From a virus (lineage: Duplodnaviria; Heunggongvirae; Uroviricota; Caudoviricetes): DNA of 48,315 nt. The position numbers were made by a program, and so were the translations under genes. Where the stretch lies: positions 1 through 48,315 of the IMG/VR virus record IMGVR_UViG_2565956711_000009. One strand, 5' to 3'. Below, piece by piece: positions 18,298-28,030 of the stretch. Each line of letters begins with the position of its first letter. Position 1 is the stretch's first letter. The notes under the pieces were generated by a model, which was not told the origin of the DNA, did not search any database, and saw nothing but the letters and a program-made list of their open reading frames with translations.

Positions 18298-19437
18298 TTA
18301 ACCCATGATGATGGCGGAATGACGTGGCGCCACAGCAGCCACACCCCATGCCAGACCAACTTCATAACGCACCTGACGGTACTGGCGGTACAGCGCAACC
18401 TGGAAGGTGATGCCAGATACCGGGTCGGTCACATTCATGACGTCATCAGCAGTATCGCCACCTTCAGGCATCGCCGGGGTACGACTGGCCAGCAGGAATG
18501 CCCCGCGGTCAAACGCCATGTTCGGTACAAATTCGCTCAACACAGTGACATCAGCCTGGTCTGCCAGATCCTGACGGAGCCCCGGCGCGCTGATGGTGAT
18601 AGTGGAAGACGTAGCCGCAACAACCAGATACTGATTGTCATCACCAGCGAACTTCACCGCAGTACCTGCAGCAATACCGCCGGTGCCGGCAGAGATAGCG
18701 ATGATGATATCGCCCTCTTTCTTCTCGCCATTGACCTTATAGCCAGCAGCAGCGCTTTTCGCGGTACGCTTGATGCTGAAGGATTCGTGGAGGTTGAAGC
18801 CCATGATGCGACCGATAACACCTTCACGCAGCAGCTGGTCGGTTCCCGCTTCGTTCGCTTTGAAGAGGACAGCCTGTTTACCACGGATGGATGCCATCGC
18901 TTCGCCACCAAGCACCATACGCAAATCGGTAGTCGGCGCACCGTTATCGGTCAGGATTTGACGCGCCAACGCAGCATCAGTCAGATCGTCTTTGATGCTG
19001 AACGGGGTATTCTTCGGCGCGCCAACAGCGCGGGAGGAGTTGAGGTACAGCGCAGCGAGGTCTGCATCCACTTCGTTCGCCAGCGCTCGGAAAGCCTGCT
19101 TGAACTGGTCAGCCAGGATGGTGTTGTAGGTACCAGCCGGGCCCAAAGCCAATTGCTCTTCACCATTCCATTTGACCGGGGCCATCTTGGATTTGGTGAT
19201 TTTGACATCCACACCACCGATGGTCTGGTCGCCAGAATTAGGTGCTGACGGACCAGGGACAATATCTTCAGTGGTGGCTGCAGGTGCGACTGGCGCACGT
19301 ACGGTCTGGTCTTTTGCAGCAGCATCCGCTTTCGCGTCACGCGCCACCGCAGGAATAAAACCAGTTTGCTCGCGGGACACTACGTCCAGCGCGGTATAGA
19401 TGGTCGGGATCAGACCAGTAAGGGTATTGCCTGCCAT
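18298..19437 (-). CDS. Major capsid (coat) protein
   Basis: 379 aa following scaffold gene and followed by a strong terminator. Confidence 0.8.
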   Translation of the reverse strand: MAGNTLTGLIPTIYTALDVVSREQTGFIPAVARDAKADAAAKDQTVRAPVAPAATTEDIVPGPSAPNSGDQTIGGVDVKITKSKMAPVKWNGEEQLALGPAGTYNTILADQFKQAFRALANEVDADLAALYLNSSRAVGAPKNTPFSIKDDLTDAALARQILTDNGAPTTDLRMVLGGEAMASIRGKQAVLFKANEAGTDQLLREGVIGRIMGFNLHESFSIKRTAKSAAAGYKVNGEKKEGDIIIAISAGTGGIAAGTAVKFAGDDNQYLVVAATSSTITISAPGLRQDLADQADVTVLSEFVPNMAFDRGAFLLASRTPAMPEGGDTADDVMNVTDPVSGITFQVALYRQYRQVRYEVGLAWGVAAVAPRHSAIIMG

Positions 19438-19454
19438 TTATGGCTCCTTTCGAT

Positions 19455-20207
19455 TTAATCGACGATGCTGACGCCGTCTTTCAGCGCTGCTTGCTTGCCA
19501 GCGTTATCCAGGGAATCAAACGCATCGCGTTTCATGGTTTTTTGCCCGGCCTGGTGCTGCGACTGGTGAGAACCGCCGCCGCTGTTACCGGACGCTTTGA
19601 GGATGTAATCTTTCTGCGGATGCGACTCGATCAGTGACTCCAGCGCTTCGTCGAAGCTAGCCAGCTCGCCAGGCTTGGTGCGAGAGAACACCTTATTGCC
19701 CTGACCGTCGAAGGCCACGACCTTGCCGTCTTCGATTTTGAAGTTCTGCCCGAAGTACGAACGCACGAACTCAGCCGGGATCGCCATCTTCTCTGAAATG
19801 AATTTGGAGCCACCGAAGCGGCCGCCGATCATCTCGTCGTAGAGCTGGCTTTCGAGCTGTTTGGTCTTGCCGTTCGCTTCATCCAGCTGCTGCTGGAATA
19901 CCTTGGTAATCTCAGCCTTAACCTGGTCAACAGCGCCAGCGTCGATCAGTTTTTTCTGGTCGATTTTGGTCATCATCTCCAGGGCTTCGAGCGCCTTGGT
20001 CGGATCGGTGATGCCAGAGAATTTCGCGAGACTGGCTTCCGCCGCCTCCTTCGCTTCACGGTGAGTTTTAGCTTCACCATTCAGGGAGGTGATTTTGGTC
20101 ATCGCTGCGGCTGCGTCGAACGGGATTTCTTTGCCATCATCATGGATGTACACAGGCATACCGTTTTCAACGACCACATTTCCGTTAGCATCAAGTTTCA
20201 GTTTCAT
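19455..20207 (-). CDS. Scaffolding protein
   Basis: 250 aa, acidic and helical, upstream of capsid gene. Confidence 0.75.
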   Translation of the reverse strand: MKLKLDANGNVVVENGMPVYIHDDGKEIPFDAAAAMTKITSLNGEAKTHREAKEAAEASLAKFSGITDPTKALEALEMMTKIDQKKLIDAGAVDQVKAEITKVFQQQLDEANGKTKQLESQLYDEMIGGRFGGSKFISEKMAIPAEFVRSYFGQNFKIEDGKVVAFDGQGNKVFSRTKPGELASFDEALESLIESHPQKDYILKASGNSGGGSHQSQHQAGQKTMKRDAFDSLDNAGKQAALKDGVSIVD

Positions 20208-20287
20208 TGTTTTTGCTCCAGCCTTCCGGCCATTGGTAATAGGTCATCCGACCCGGTCACCGCGTCGCATCCGCTCAGCGGCAGGCA

Positions 20288-20313
20288 TAAAAAAGGCCAC
20301 CCGAAGGCAGCCT
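20288..20313 (-). terminator. Rho-independent terminator inside the head module
   Basis: Minus strand AGGCUGCC-uucg-GGUGGCCU followed by T6, right after the 69-aa ORF stop. Confidence 0.6.
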
Positions 20314-20314
20314 G

Positions 20315-20524
20315 TTAGATAAATTCGACGGTTATTACGCCGCGCAGTTTGCGGGTATAGACTTCATCGCGCTTTCGCTTATGGACCCGAATGGGGTATG
20401 GGTAGAAGCATGCTATTCCTCGCTTAACATCCGCCCATACGCAGCGCTTGACCTCGTTGCCGTTAACGAACACTCGGCGCTTACCGCGGCCATCATCCAC
20501 ATGGTGAAAATCGTCGTTGCGCAT
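20315..20524 (-). CDS. Small basic protein, unknown function (moron-like)
   Basis: 69 aa MRNDDFHHVDDGRGKRRVF...; GAGGGG RBS; 3 nt after head-morphogenesis stop; followed by terminator. Confidence 0.5.
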   Translation of the reverse strand: MRNDDFHHVDDGRGKRRVFVNGNEVKRCVWADVKRGIACFYPYPIRVHKRKRDEVYTRKLRGVITVEFI

Positions 20525-20527
20525 ACC

Positions 20528-21634
20528 CTACCCCTCAAACGCCGACGCATCCACGCGGCGCAGTTCGTCCAGGGTCAGGAACTCCCCGGCATCGTTGAAC
20601 ATTTCCGGCACAGTGATTTTCCCGTCACGCAGCATCATGGCGCGGGTAACGCCCAGCACCTGCTCCTGCCGCGCGTACGGTTGCCGGGTAAGCCATTCGG
20701 CATAGCTGGTATGCGCTGGCACCTGCCCGTCCATAGCGGCGCGTGTGGCAGTGCTCAGCTCGCCAGAGGCTATCTGCAACTCCTCCCACGATTTGGTAAT
20801 CAGGATTTCGCCGGAACGGCAGCAGAAGTGGATTTTGCCGGGCCCGCGCAGATACGGCACCACATGCCCCAGCGGCTTGCCGTCGAGGGTGTAGAGCTTG
20901 CGGTCGCGGATGATGCACCACTGGCTGGTATGAGTGTCCAGCGTTGAGGACCACTGTTTGGCCTTTACGATATCGCTGTTGCCCTGTGCGAACTCCTGAC
21001 GCGCAGTAGCGGCCATGTGATTTACAGCCGTGCGGGCCACCACCGCCAGGTCGCGACGGGATGTGTTGATCACCCCGTCCTCGCGATTTCTCTGCGGCGT
21101 ACCCGCTACGCGCCGGACAATCTGCTCTACCGTTTCGCCCTGGAGGAAACCGGAGCGTACAGCGTTGGTGATTTTGTCCAGCCGATCCAATTCAAGCTTC
21201 TGACTCCACTCTTTCAGCAACCGCCCCTGAAAGGGCTGCGCCACTGCTGAGGCGTAAACCTGTTCTGCCGCAATGCTCTGGAGCGGCACATGCTTGAGGA
21301 TCTGTTTAGGGATGATGCTGCTGAACAGGTCCAGCTGATACCCGGTCTCATATTCAACGTAGCGCGTCAGTTCGCGCGTCAGCGCAGCATTAACCGGTTC
21401 ATAGGCCTGCTGATTCAGGTCGCGCACGCCAGCCAGCAGCGAAGCTAGGCGGCGGGCGCTGTAGGTGTCGGCACGCTTGCCGTCCAGCAGCACCAGCAGT
21501 TTTGCAGCAAGGTCAGCATCCAGCCTGTTCAGCAACGACACCATGCGCCGGGCGACGCCAGTACCGTAGCGGTTCACATAAAGCCCGTGCGCTATGGTTT
21601 CGTCCTGAAGCCTGTCATTGACGGAACGGGCCAT
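20528..21634 (-). CDS. Head morphogenesis protein (Mu F / SPP1 gp7-like)
   Basis: 368 aa directly after portal. Confidence 0.75.
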   Translation of the reverse strand: MARSVNDRLQDETIAHGLYVNRYGTGVARRMVSLLNRLDADLAAKLLVLLDGKRADTYSARRLASLLAGVRDLNQQAYEPVNAALTRELTRYVEYETGYQLDLFSSIIPKQILKHVPLQSIAAEQVYASAVAQPFQGRLLKEWSQKLELDRLDKITNAVRSGFLQGETVEQIVRRVAGTPQRNREDGVINTSRRDLAVVARTAVNHMAATARQEFAQGNSDIVKAKQWSSTLDTHTSQWCIIRDRKLYTLDGKPLGHVVPYLRGPGKIHFCCRSGEILITKSWEELQIASGELSTATRAAMDGQVPAHTSYAEWLTRQPYARQEQVLGVTRAMMLRDGKITVPEMFNDAGEFLTLDELRRVDASAFEG

Positions 21635-21635
21635 A

Positions 21636-23039
21636 TCACACCTCGCCTATCGTTCTGGTATCCAGCGAGGAGGATTCAGCCAATAACTCGTCCAGGACCT
21701 TTTCTGGGTCTGCGTCTGCATCAATCAGGTTAAGCTTCTGCAGCGCCTTAATGGCATCGATACGGCGGAGGTCGCCACCCTGGCGAAGTGACTGAATAGC
21801 CAGCGCCGCAGGCGGGTTAAACTCTTTCGACTCGACATCCAGCTCAGTGCGAACATCAACGTTGCCACCATCTTTCTCGCCGATGTACTCAGCCATGATT
21901 TGCAGGATGTTGTCGATCGCATCTTCAAGGCTGGTAGCCATGGTGTAGAGCGGTGACTGCTCCTGCATTTTCTCTTCAGAGGTCTGGTCTACCGATTTGG
22001 TAGAGGTGTTCTCTGTACGCAGCAACTTCGCGCCCGCCTGGCGCATCTGCTCCACAAGTTCTGCCAGCGACTCTTTACCAGCACCGATGGAGGAGCCTGT
22101 ATGCTCGACGTATTCCAGACCCTGCTTTTGCCGATCAGTGAACGACGTAGCTGAAGACGAGCCAATTATCAGCTCTTGCCCCTCTTCCAAACCGAACACC
22201 GTGAGCAACGGCACCCTGGCGACGTGCAGAATGTTGTCCTGCTCGCTCTGGCTCTGCCAGTGCTTGATGTTCAGCAGGGCCATGTTGAGCAGTGGCGGTG
22301 AACCACACATAAACCCGGTGCGTTTGGTGTAGAGCGTGACCAGAGTGATATCCTGGCGGGATGTCTGCCACCCATCGAATAGCGCCCAGGTCGCGGCACC
22401 GTCAGCATCTTTAGCCTTGCGGTAAATTTCCACCTTTCCGGGTGTCAGGTATCGGATTTGCTCGACTTTGGTCTGCCCGAAGTCGTCGCCGTCTTCGACC
22501 ACAACCTCTTTGATACGCAGCGCAGTCAGCACCACTTTTCCGTCCACCATTTTCGACTTCCAGCCAATTACCTGGCGTGGATTAAGCATGGTGACATAGG
22601 GGCGCGCGCCGGTAGCTTTCTCTTCAGCTTTGGTTTTCACCTTTTCGGTGTCCACCCTGGGATAATCCACCAGCGCGTGGGAGAGTCCATACTGCATCGC
22701 CAGACCGAAGAATGCCTGCGCCCATACGTCCAGGCGCGTCCCCTCAAGGTCGAAGTTTTTCGCATACTCTCGCAGCTGATCAGGCACATTCTCGGCAAGC
22801 TTAATGGGCTCGGCGAATACACGCCCGATGTTTTGCTTAATGGTCTCTTCGTAGGCTGGCAGAAGCGTGGCCACGGCGAGGCGTTTTTTGTAATCCTCTT
22901 TGTCTTCCTTGGGCCAGCGAGGGAGATAGGACTCGCCCAGCTGGCGCATATACAGCGTGCCGCCCATCAGGGCATCGTTGATATCCCACGCCTCGACCAT
23001 GTTCCCATAGTCCAGATTTGGGGTTGAAATATCAGGCAT
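21636..23039 (-). CDS. Portal protein
   Basis: About 467 aa from MPDISTPNL; between terminase large subunit and head morphogenesis protein. Confidence 0.8.
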   Translation of the reverse strand: MPDISTPNLDYGNMVEAWDINDALMGGTLYMRQLGESYLPRWPKEDKEDYKKRLAVATLLPAYEETIKQNIGRVFAEPIKLAENVPDQLREYAKNFDLEGTRLDVWAQAFFGLAMQYGLSHALVDYPRVDTEKVKTKAEEKATGARPYVTMLNPRQVIGWKSKMVDGKVVLTALRIKEVVVEDGDDFGQTKVEQIRYLTPGKVEIYRKAKDADGAATWALFDGWQTSRQDITLVTLYTKRTGFMCGSPPLLNMALLNIKHWQSQSEQDNILHVARVPLLTVFGLEEGQELIIGSSSATSFTDRQKQGLEYVEHTGSSIGAGKESLAELVEQMRQAGAKLLRTENTSTKSVDQTSEEKMQEQSPLYTMATSLEDAIDNILQIMAEYIGEKDGGNVDVRTELDVESKEFNPPAALAIQSLRQGGDLRRIDAIKALQKLNLIDADADPEKVLDELLAESSSLDTRTIGEV

Positions 23040-23043
23040 GGGA

Positions 23044-24615
23044 TTAGATCCGTAGGTTGGTGACTTTGCCGACTTTCTTCGGCGGTGAATGCAGGACGGC
23101 ATATCTAGTGCCATCCCAGTCGTGATCTTCCTGCTGAGTGTCTACGTCATCAGGGTTCTTACTGTCGCGAACGAGCACCGGAACACGGCTTATCCAGCCG
23201 CGGCAATAGTCGAAGACGTAGAATGCTGGTTTCTCAGGTACACCAGATTCCAGCTTCTTACCCTCAATGACGGCCTCCAGCATGTCAGCAAAGAGGGCCG
23301 CTCCGTTTACGCGCGATCCCGGTTTCTTGTTGGATGGAACCCACTTAACGCCCTGCGATTCCATCTTCTGGGCAATAGAGAGCTCGTCATCGCCAGTGTT
23401 GTAGATGGCACCGTCAGCTGGGCCCGGCACAACCTTTTTGCAGATACCGGGCATGATGTTCAGTTGCCCCTGAGTTATCCCATTGAGTTTTATCTCTTCA
23501 GGTTCAGGCAGCTCTTCGCCCATCAGCCGCTTATCAATCCAGGCCACACCCTTGGCGACGTTTGTCGAGCTCATATTGAGCCCTTTGTTCAGCTCGTCAG
23601 GTGGACAGCCATACCACTCGCCAATCAGGATCAGCGACCCGGCAGGCGGGCAGAACTGGCGACCATCAGGCAGTTCTGCGGCAGTACCGTCGGCTCGCGC
23701 CCACCAGAGGTTAGAGAACGGCTTCGACTCACCCCAGTCATGGGAACGGTCAACCGTCCAGCTATCCGGGATGCGGAACGGCTTAATGACGTGCAGCGAT
23801 GCATTCCACAGGTGGTCAAAGCGCCCACCGCTGGTGACATCCCAGGAGCCCTCTACCCAAGCTTTGCGGCGGTTCGGGTCTTTGATGGCCATCAGCGTTG
23901 CGATGTACTGGGGATCCAGATACGGGTTCTCTTTGAACGAGCCGTGAATAGCCACGCGCGTCAGCGTCACATCCTCTTCGCGCTCAGTTTGCGGGTTAAA
24001 CACCTGCTGCGTTTCACGAATGATGGTGCCGCGGGGCGCTGGCTCGATGAAGCGTTTCTTCACCCAGGTGTGGCCGATGCCAAACGGGTTAGTGGTGCTG
24101 AACGTCTCCAGGGGAATAGGCTTAAGTAACGAACCGTCACCCAGCGGGTAATTCTCAGGCCGGAACGAGGAGCGCCGGCAAGAGAACATCATCTCGTAGA
24201 ATTCAGGGGACTGCTGCTTGGTCAGCTCGTTAAAGCCGATGAACGGAAACTCCTGGCCGTGATAGTCCCAGTAGTCACCCTCTTCTTTCCCGAAGCGGAA
24301 CAGCAGCTCCTCTCCAGTCGGCCACACCCAGCGCAGTTCAGATGCTGACGCCAGATAGCGTGCGCCGTCGTTAAACAGGCGATACATGCGCTTTGACTGG
24401 GTAATGATATCGGTGAGGTTCTTATACTCGGTATCGAAAATGACACCGCGCCAGAACGAACCATAGCCCAGACCAACCAGACGACGAAAGCGCGCCAGCT
24501 GCGCGGCAGTTTTACCCGGCCCGCGCGTGCCCTCGTAGAGAATTTCGTTACATGGACAGCTCAGGGAGAGCGATTGCGATCCCGGCAAGGGTTTCCAGAC
24601 GGCTTTGTAATTCAT
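23044..24615 (-). CDS. Terminase large subunit
   Basis: Walker A GTRGPGKT; ATGA overlap with small subunit stop; start taken at MNYKAVW. Confidence 0.85.
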   Translation of the reverse strand: MNYKAVWKPLPGSQSLSLSCPCNEILYEGTRGPGKTAAQLARFRRLVGLGYGSFWRGVIFDTEYKNLTDIITQSKRMYRLFNDGARYLASASELRWVWPTGEELLFRFGKEEGDYWDYHGQEFPFIGFNELTKQQSPEFYEMMFSCRRSSFRPENYPLGDGSLLKPIPLETFSTTNPFGIGHTWVKKRFIEPAPRGTIIRETQQVFNPQTEREEDVTLTRVAIHGSFKENPYLDPQYIATLMAIKDPNRRKAWVEGSWDVTSGGRFDHLWNASLHVIKPFRIPDSWTVDRSHDWGESKPFSNLWWARADGTAAELPDGRQFCPPAGSLILIGEWYGCPPDELNKGLNMSSTNVAKGVAWIDKRLMGEELPEPEEIKLNGITQGQLNIMPGICKKVVPGPADGAIYNTGDDELSIAQKMESQGVKWVPSNKKPGSRVNGAALFADMLEAVIEGKKLESGVPEKPAFYVFDYCRGWISRVPVLVRDSKNPDDVDTQQEDHDWDGTRYAVLHSPPKKVGKVTNLRI

Positions 24616-25100
24616 CCACCAAGAACCTCGCTCTGCTGCTTCTGCGCTGCTGCTTCCCACTCATTCACGTTATCGCAGGATGGGACCGGCATAACGTTAT
24701 GAGTGGCAACCACTGTTTGCTCTACTTTTTGTTTGTTCGTGTAAGCATCGCCAACTTCCTTGGCCGCCTGCTCCATCAGGGCGGCAGTAAGGGCCATGTT
24801 TTTCATTCCCTCTGCTTTCGTAGCCATCCTGTCGAGTACACGCAGCCGATATGCCTTATTGGCGATCGGGATATCGGAAATTTCATTCTGGAAGCGTTCG
24901 CGAGTTGCGTTGAAAAGTTCGACCCACTTTTTTGCGAGCGTCTTACCGCTGGCCTTCGTAGGGTCGTGAGATTCGGCCTGTTGTCGGGTTATATTGATCC
25001 CGAATTCTTTTTGGACAGCCTCGACCACCTGCGATGGCGTGTCATAACACGCAAGCGACTGAATGATGAAGGCTTTCACATCAGGTTTTAATGCAGCCAT
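24612..25100 (-). CDS. Terminase small subunit
   Basis: 162 aa upstream of and coupled to large subunit. Confidence 0.7.
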   Translation of the reverse strand: MAALKPDVKAFIIQSLACYDTPSQVVEAVQKEFGINITRQQAESHDPTKASGKTLAKKWVELFNATRERFQNEISDIPIANKAYRLRVLDRMATKAEGMKNMALTAALMEQAAKEVGDAYTNKQKVEQTVVATHNVMPVPSCDNVNEWEAAAQKQQSEVLGG

Positions 25101-25131
25101 AAATCACCATTCGTCTTATACAGTCCAGTAT

Positions 25132-25770
25132 TTAAGCCAGTTTCAGCATGCACGTCCCGCATGCTCTGGCGATGTTAAGTTTTGCCACCTCTGCAGGTTG
25201 ATTGGCTGCGTCCACCAGCTCTTGCACGTCAGTGCTCGCCCCGTATCGACGTACTACACCGACAAACTCTTCGACATCGTGGCCGCGCAATGTGAGAACT
25301 GGCTGCCCGGTCTCTTTGTTGAACTTAGGTGCGCCGAAATCATCGGTGGCCTGGGCAATGTGGTAAAGCTCATGCTCTACCAGGGCGCAGAATTCAAGGT
25401 CGCTGCATTGTGAGCAGTAGTCGGCTGCCAGCGTGATGATGAACTTCGGGATGCGTCCGAACCATTCATACATCTGCTGTTCCATTCTGGCTTTCTGCCA
25501 ACCACCTGCGCGGAGCATTACCTGTTCGGCCTGTCCGAGAACGTAGCGCCCTTTCTTCGCGAATGAGTCAGAAGCCCACATAAAACACAAATCAGCTTCC
25601 ATTAAATGGGCGTGGTCTGGGTTATGGATGCTTCCGCTATCGCTGAGGATTTGATGGCTTATCCAGTCATGCACTTCATTGGCGGGAATCAATCTGGTGT
25701 AGGGCTGCCAGTTATCAGGGCCAATGAAATTAACTGGTGGAAGTGGCCTGCGCTCGTCTTCGTTCACCAT
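25132..25770 (-). CDS. HExxH-motif protein, putative zinc metallopeptidase
   Basis: 212 aa; motif LVEHELYHIAQ. Confidence 0.5.
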   Translation of the reverse strand: MVNEDERRPLPPVNFIGPDNWQPYTRLIPANEVHDWISHQILSDSGSIHNPDHAHLMEADLCFMWASDSFAKKGRYVLGQAEQVMLRAGGWQKARMEQQMYEWFGRIPKFIITLAADYCSQCSDLEFCALVEHELYHIAQATDDFGAPKFNKETGQPVLTLRGHDVEEFVGVVRRYGASTDVQELVDAANQPAEVAKLNIARACGTCMLKLA

Positions 25771-25773
25771 GAG

Positions 25774-26160
25774 TTAATCCTGTTTTATATACGGCAAAAA
25801 TGCCGAAAACATTCTGTCGAGCAGATAGCAGTAGGTTTCGTTTGCGTCTTCCGGCTTGGTCGTTACGCCCACATCAGAGCAGACGTAAAAACATACGTGA
25901 GCGCATTCGTGAACGAGAGTTGATATCTGCTGATCGAATACTCCAATCAGGTAAACTCGCTCTCCCGTATCGGTGTTTTCATAGTTGTTTGCCAGTCCAC
26001 AGTTGAATGGCCTTTCCTCTCCGCTACCACCAAGGAATTTATCAGCGTGCTGAAACTGTTCTCTGGTTGTTGCGAGGTAGACATGCGCACTTTGAAACAG
26101 CGGAATGGTGAATGCCGGAAGTCTGTGCCATTTGGCTTTTGCCATTTGTTGCTCCGTCAT
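25774..26160 (-). CDS. HExxH-motif protein, putative zinc metallopeptidase-like
   Basis: 128 aa; motif TLVHECAHVCFY. Confidence 0.45.
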   Translation of the reverse strand: MTEQQMAKAKWHRLPAFTIPLFQSAHVYLATTREQFQHADKFLGGSGEERPFNCGLANNYENTDTGERVYLIGVFDQQISTLVHECAHVCFYVCSDVGVTTKPEDANETYCYLLDRMFSAFLPYIKQD

Positions 26161-26244
26161 TATCCGTTGCAGGGGTTATTTTTGATTTATCCGCTCAGGG
26201 GGATATCCATTATCAAGCCCACCAGCAGGTGAGCTTTGGAATGG

Positions 26245-26445
26245 CTACTGGCGGTCATTATGCTCGTAACGAGATACCGTCTTCCCGTTCTGGTTCATCA
26301 CGTAGGCGACCTCGCCAGGTTTCAGGAATACATTTTTGTCCATTCCCGATACCGCGATGCTCTGCTGCCCCGGATTGAACCCTACACTCAACCCGCAATG
26401 AATCTCTTCACCGCCACCTGGCGACATTACTTTTACTGTTAACAT
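26245..26445 (-). CDS. Small hypothetical protein
   Basis: 66 aa; GGAGAAGAAGC RBS; follows lysis terminator. Confidence 0.45.
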   Translation of the reverse strand: MLTVKVMSPGGGEEIHCGLSVGFNPGQQSIAVSGMDKNVFLKPGEVAYVMNQNGKTVSRYEHNDRQ

Positions 26446-26471
26446 GCTTCTTCTCCTGCTTCTTCTGGGAA

Positions 26472-26497
26472 TAAAAAAGCCCGACCGAAGTCAGGCT
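26472..26497 (-). terminator. Rho-independent terminator after lysis cassette
   Basis: Minus strand AGCCUGAC-UUCG-GUCGGGCU followed by T6. Confidence 0.75.
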
Positions 26498-26516
26498 CTG
26501 TTATTTGGGTGACGAA

Positions 26517-26981
26517 TCACTTAAGACACTGCTCTTTGATGTAGTCCTGCATGCCGCGAATCATTTTGTCAGCGGTTGCGATTCCGTCCCGGTGATCGAA
26601 ATAATTCCGTCGAGCGTCTGGAGTAAGTTCGGGGGCTCCTGCATCATCCACGCCGGTGGAGGAGGTGGCTTTTGGCACTCCAGGGCAGGTTGCGGCGATG
26701 CGCAGCCGTTTAGCGCCAGAATCGACATCACGACGCAAATCGTTAATGGTCTTTTTCGCATCGGACAATTCCTTCGTGTATTTGGCATCCAGTGCAGCGA
26801 CATCACGCTGGCGGGTCTGCATATCTTTGATGGTGGCATTAGCCAGGCGGAGGTTCTTTGTGGCTTTATCGCGCTGGTCTTTGTAGGTGATGGCGTTGTC
26901 GCGGTAGTGGTTAATGGCCCAGGCCATGGAAACCAGCAGGCAGATAACGACAGCGCAGATGATTGCGGTTAATCGGCTCAT
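26517..26981 (-). CDS. Rz: i-spanin Rz
   Basis: N-terminal TM helix [20 protein letters not shown] then coiled coil; embedded Rz1. Confidence 0.8.
   Translation of the reverse strand: MSRLTAIICAVVICLLVSMAWAINHYRDNAITYKDQRDKATKNLRLANATIKDMQTRQRDVAALDAKYTKELSDAKKTINDLRRDVDSGAKRLRIAATCPGVPKATSSTGVDDAGAPELTPDARRNYFDHRDGIATADKMIRGMQDYIKEQCLK
26561..26761 (-). CDS. Rz1: o-spanin Rz1 (lipoprotein embedded in Rz, +1 frame)
   Basis: [20 protein letters not shown] lipobox then Pro-rich PPPPP segment. Confidence 0.75.
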   Translation of the reverse strand: MRKRPLTICVVMSILALNGCASPQPALECQKPPPPPAWMMQEPPNLLQTLDGIISITGTESQPLTK

Positions 26982-27472
26982 TTCTGGCCCCACTCGCAGA
27001 CTTCACGCTCAATCTCGCGCCGGGTGATCAGCCCCTTCCACTGCTTGCCGCCAGCATAAGTCCAGCGCTGCAGTTCTTTACACGCACCCGGAACATCACC
27101 GGAGTTCAGCTTCTTCAGCAGCGTCGAGCTGGCAAAAGCACCAGAGCCAACGTTATAGGTGAAGGAGTAAAGCGCGGCGCGGGTTGGCTCAGGGATGCGA
27201 ACCTTGATCAGCGGGTCGATGGCGCTTGCCACCTTTCGCAGATCTGCCTTAAGCAGGTTGTCACACTCTTTGTCGGTATATCGGTGACCGCGGCGAATGT
27301 CGGTACCAGTGTGCCCATCGCAAACGGTCCAGACGCCGACCACATCCTGATAGGCGTAATAACGCCGACCTTCGAGTCCATCCGCATTGCCCAGCATTAC
27401 TGCAGCAATAGTGATTGCCCCTGATCCGCCAACAATGGCACCCACCAGCTTATTCCTCAACGTTGGGTTCAT
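26978..27472 (-). CDS. R: SAR endolysin (T4-type lysozyme, GH24)
   Basis: N-terminal weakly hydrophobic Gly/Ala-rich SAR segment [19 protein letters not shown]; phage-21-type lysis cassette. Confidence 0.8.
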   Translation of the reverse strand: MNPTLRNKLVGAIVGGSGAITIAAVMLGNADGLEGRRYYAYQDVVGVWTVCDGHTGTDIRRGHRYTDKECDNLLKADLRKVASAIDPLIKVRIPEPTRAALYSFTYNVGSGAFASSTLLKKLNSGDVPGACKELQRWTYAGGKQWKGLITRREIEREVCEWGQK

Positions 27473-27674
27473 CTCGGCTCCTGCTGCGGCGGTTGTCTTC
27501 GCGGATTTTGAAATAGAGATTTGTCAGATACGTCATTACGGCAATGATGATACCCACCAGCACGCCGATAGCGTTCCACTGCTCGGGGCTGTAGGCATTC
27601 AACATGCCGTTTAGGATGCTCCCGGCTGAAGCGCCATAGGCAGCACCAGTGGTTAGTTTGTCCATGCGATACAT
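27450..27674 (-). CDS. S: Class II holin (S21-like pinholin) with dual-start motif
   Basis: [19 protein letters not shown]...[15 protein letters not shown] resembles recalled S21 MKSMDKISTGIAYGTSAGS...[12 protein letters not shown]; Met1 and Met4 separated by Arg. Confidence 0.85.
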   Translation of the reverse strand: MYRMDKLTTGAAYGASAGSILNGMLNAYSPEQWNAIGVLVGIIIAVMTYLTNLYFKIREDNRRSRSRDEPNVEE

Positions 27675-27710
27675 ACTCTCACCTCGCTTTGTGCGAGTGC
27701 TGTTGCTAGG

Positions 27711-27737
27711 AATAAAAAAGGCCGCCGAACGGCAGCC
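27711..27737 (-). terminator. tR'-like terminator just upstream of lysis genes
   Basis: Minus strand AGGCUGCCG-uu-CGGCGGCCU followed by UUUUUU, 37 nt before holin start. Confidence 0.7.
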
Positions 27738-27935
27738 TTGTATTGATTGATAGTTTCCGGAGCTTCTTTCTCGCTAGGAAAGCAAAAAATTAAACAATCC
27801 TTAAGAATAGCCAGTTGATGCAAAAAATAATTAGCTTTTCAAATAGTTTTTAGCTGTTACCATTTCCACTAAGTTATGGCTTTACCTCTTTGTGGATAAA
27901 AGAAAGACAAGCGGGTATGAGATTGAGTCGTTATT

Positions 27936-27970
27936 GCGGAGAGGGGTGATGTCGTTCTCCGCGTTTTTTT
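27936..27970 (+). terminator. Plus-strand terminator-like hairpin antisense to the late leader
   Basis: GCGGAGAG-loop-CTCCGC followed by GTTTTTTT; no + strand ORF upstream. Confidence 0.45.
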
Positions 27971-27996
27971 GGCTCGAAGCGATTTAGGCCACAAAG

Positions 27997-28030
27997 AAAT
28001 AAAAAAAGCCCAAGGCGTTAACCTCGGGCT
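27997..28030 (-). terminator. Terminator-like hairpin downstream of Q
   Basis: Minus strand AGCCCGAGG-uuaacg-CCUUGGGCU followed by T7. Confidence 0.6.

Noticed and set aside
18319-19248. 309-aa + strand ORF antisense to the major capsid gene, plus other long antisense ORFs (e.g. 4322-4720, 4575-4997 in J; 23089-24129 in terminase; 42159-42646 in the coiled-coil gene)
   Set aside because: They lie wholly inside well-supported genes on the opposite strand, lack RBS and recognisable motifs, and are the usual artefact of GC-rich or low-complexity coding sequence.
27750-27990. tRNA or small protein gene in the ORF-free Q-to-S gap
   Set aside because: No cloverleaf-compatible sequence (no GTTCRANYC-like T-arm), and no ORF of 60 aa or more with an RBS; region is treated as regulatory leader.
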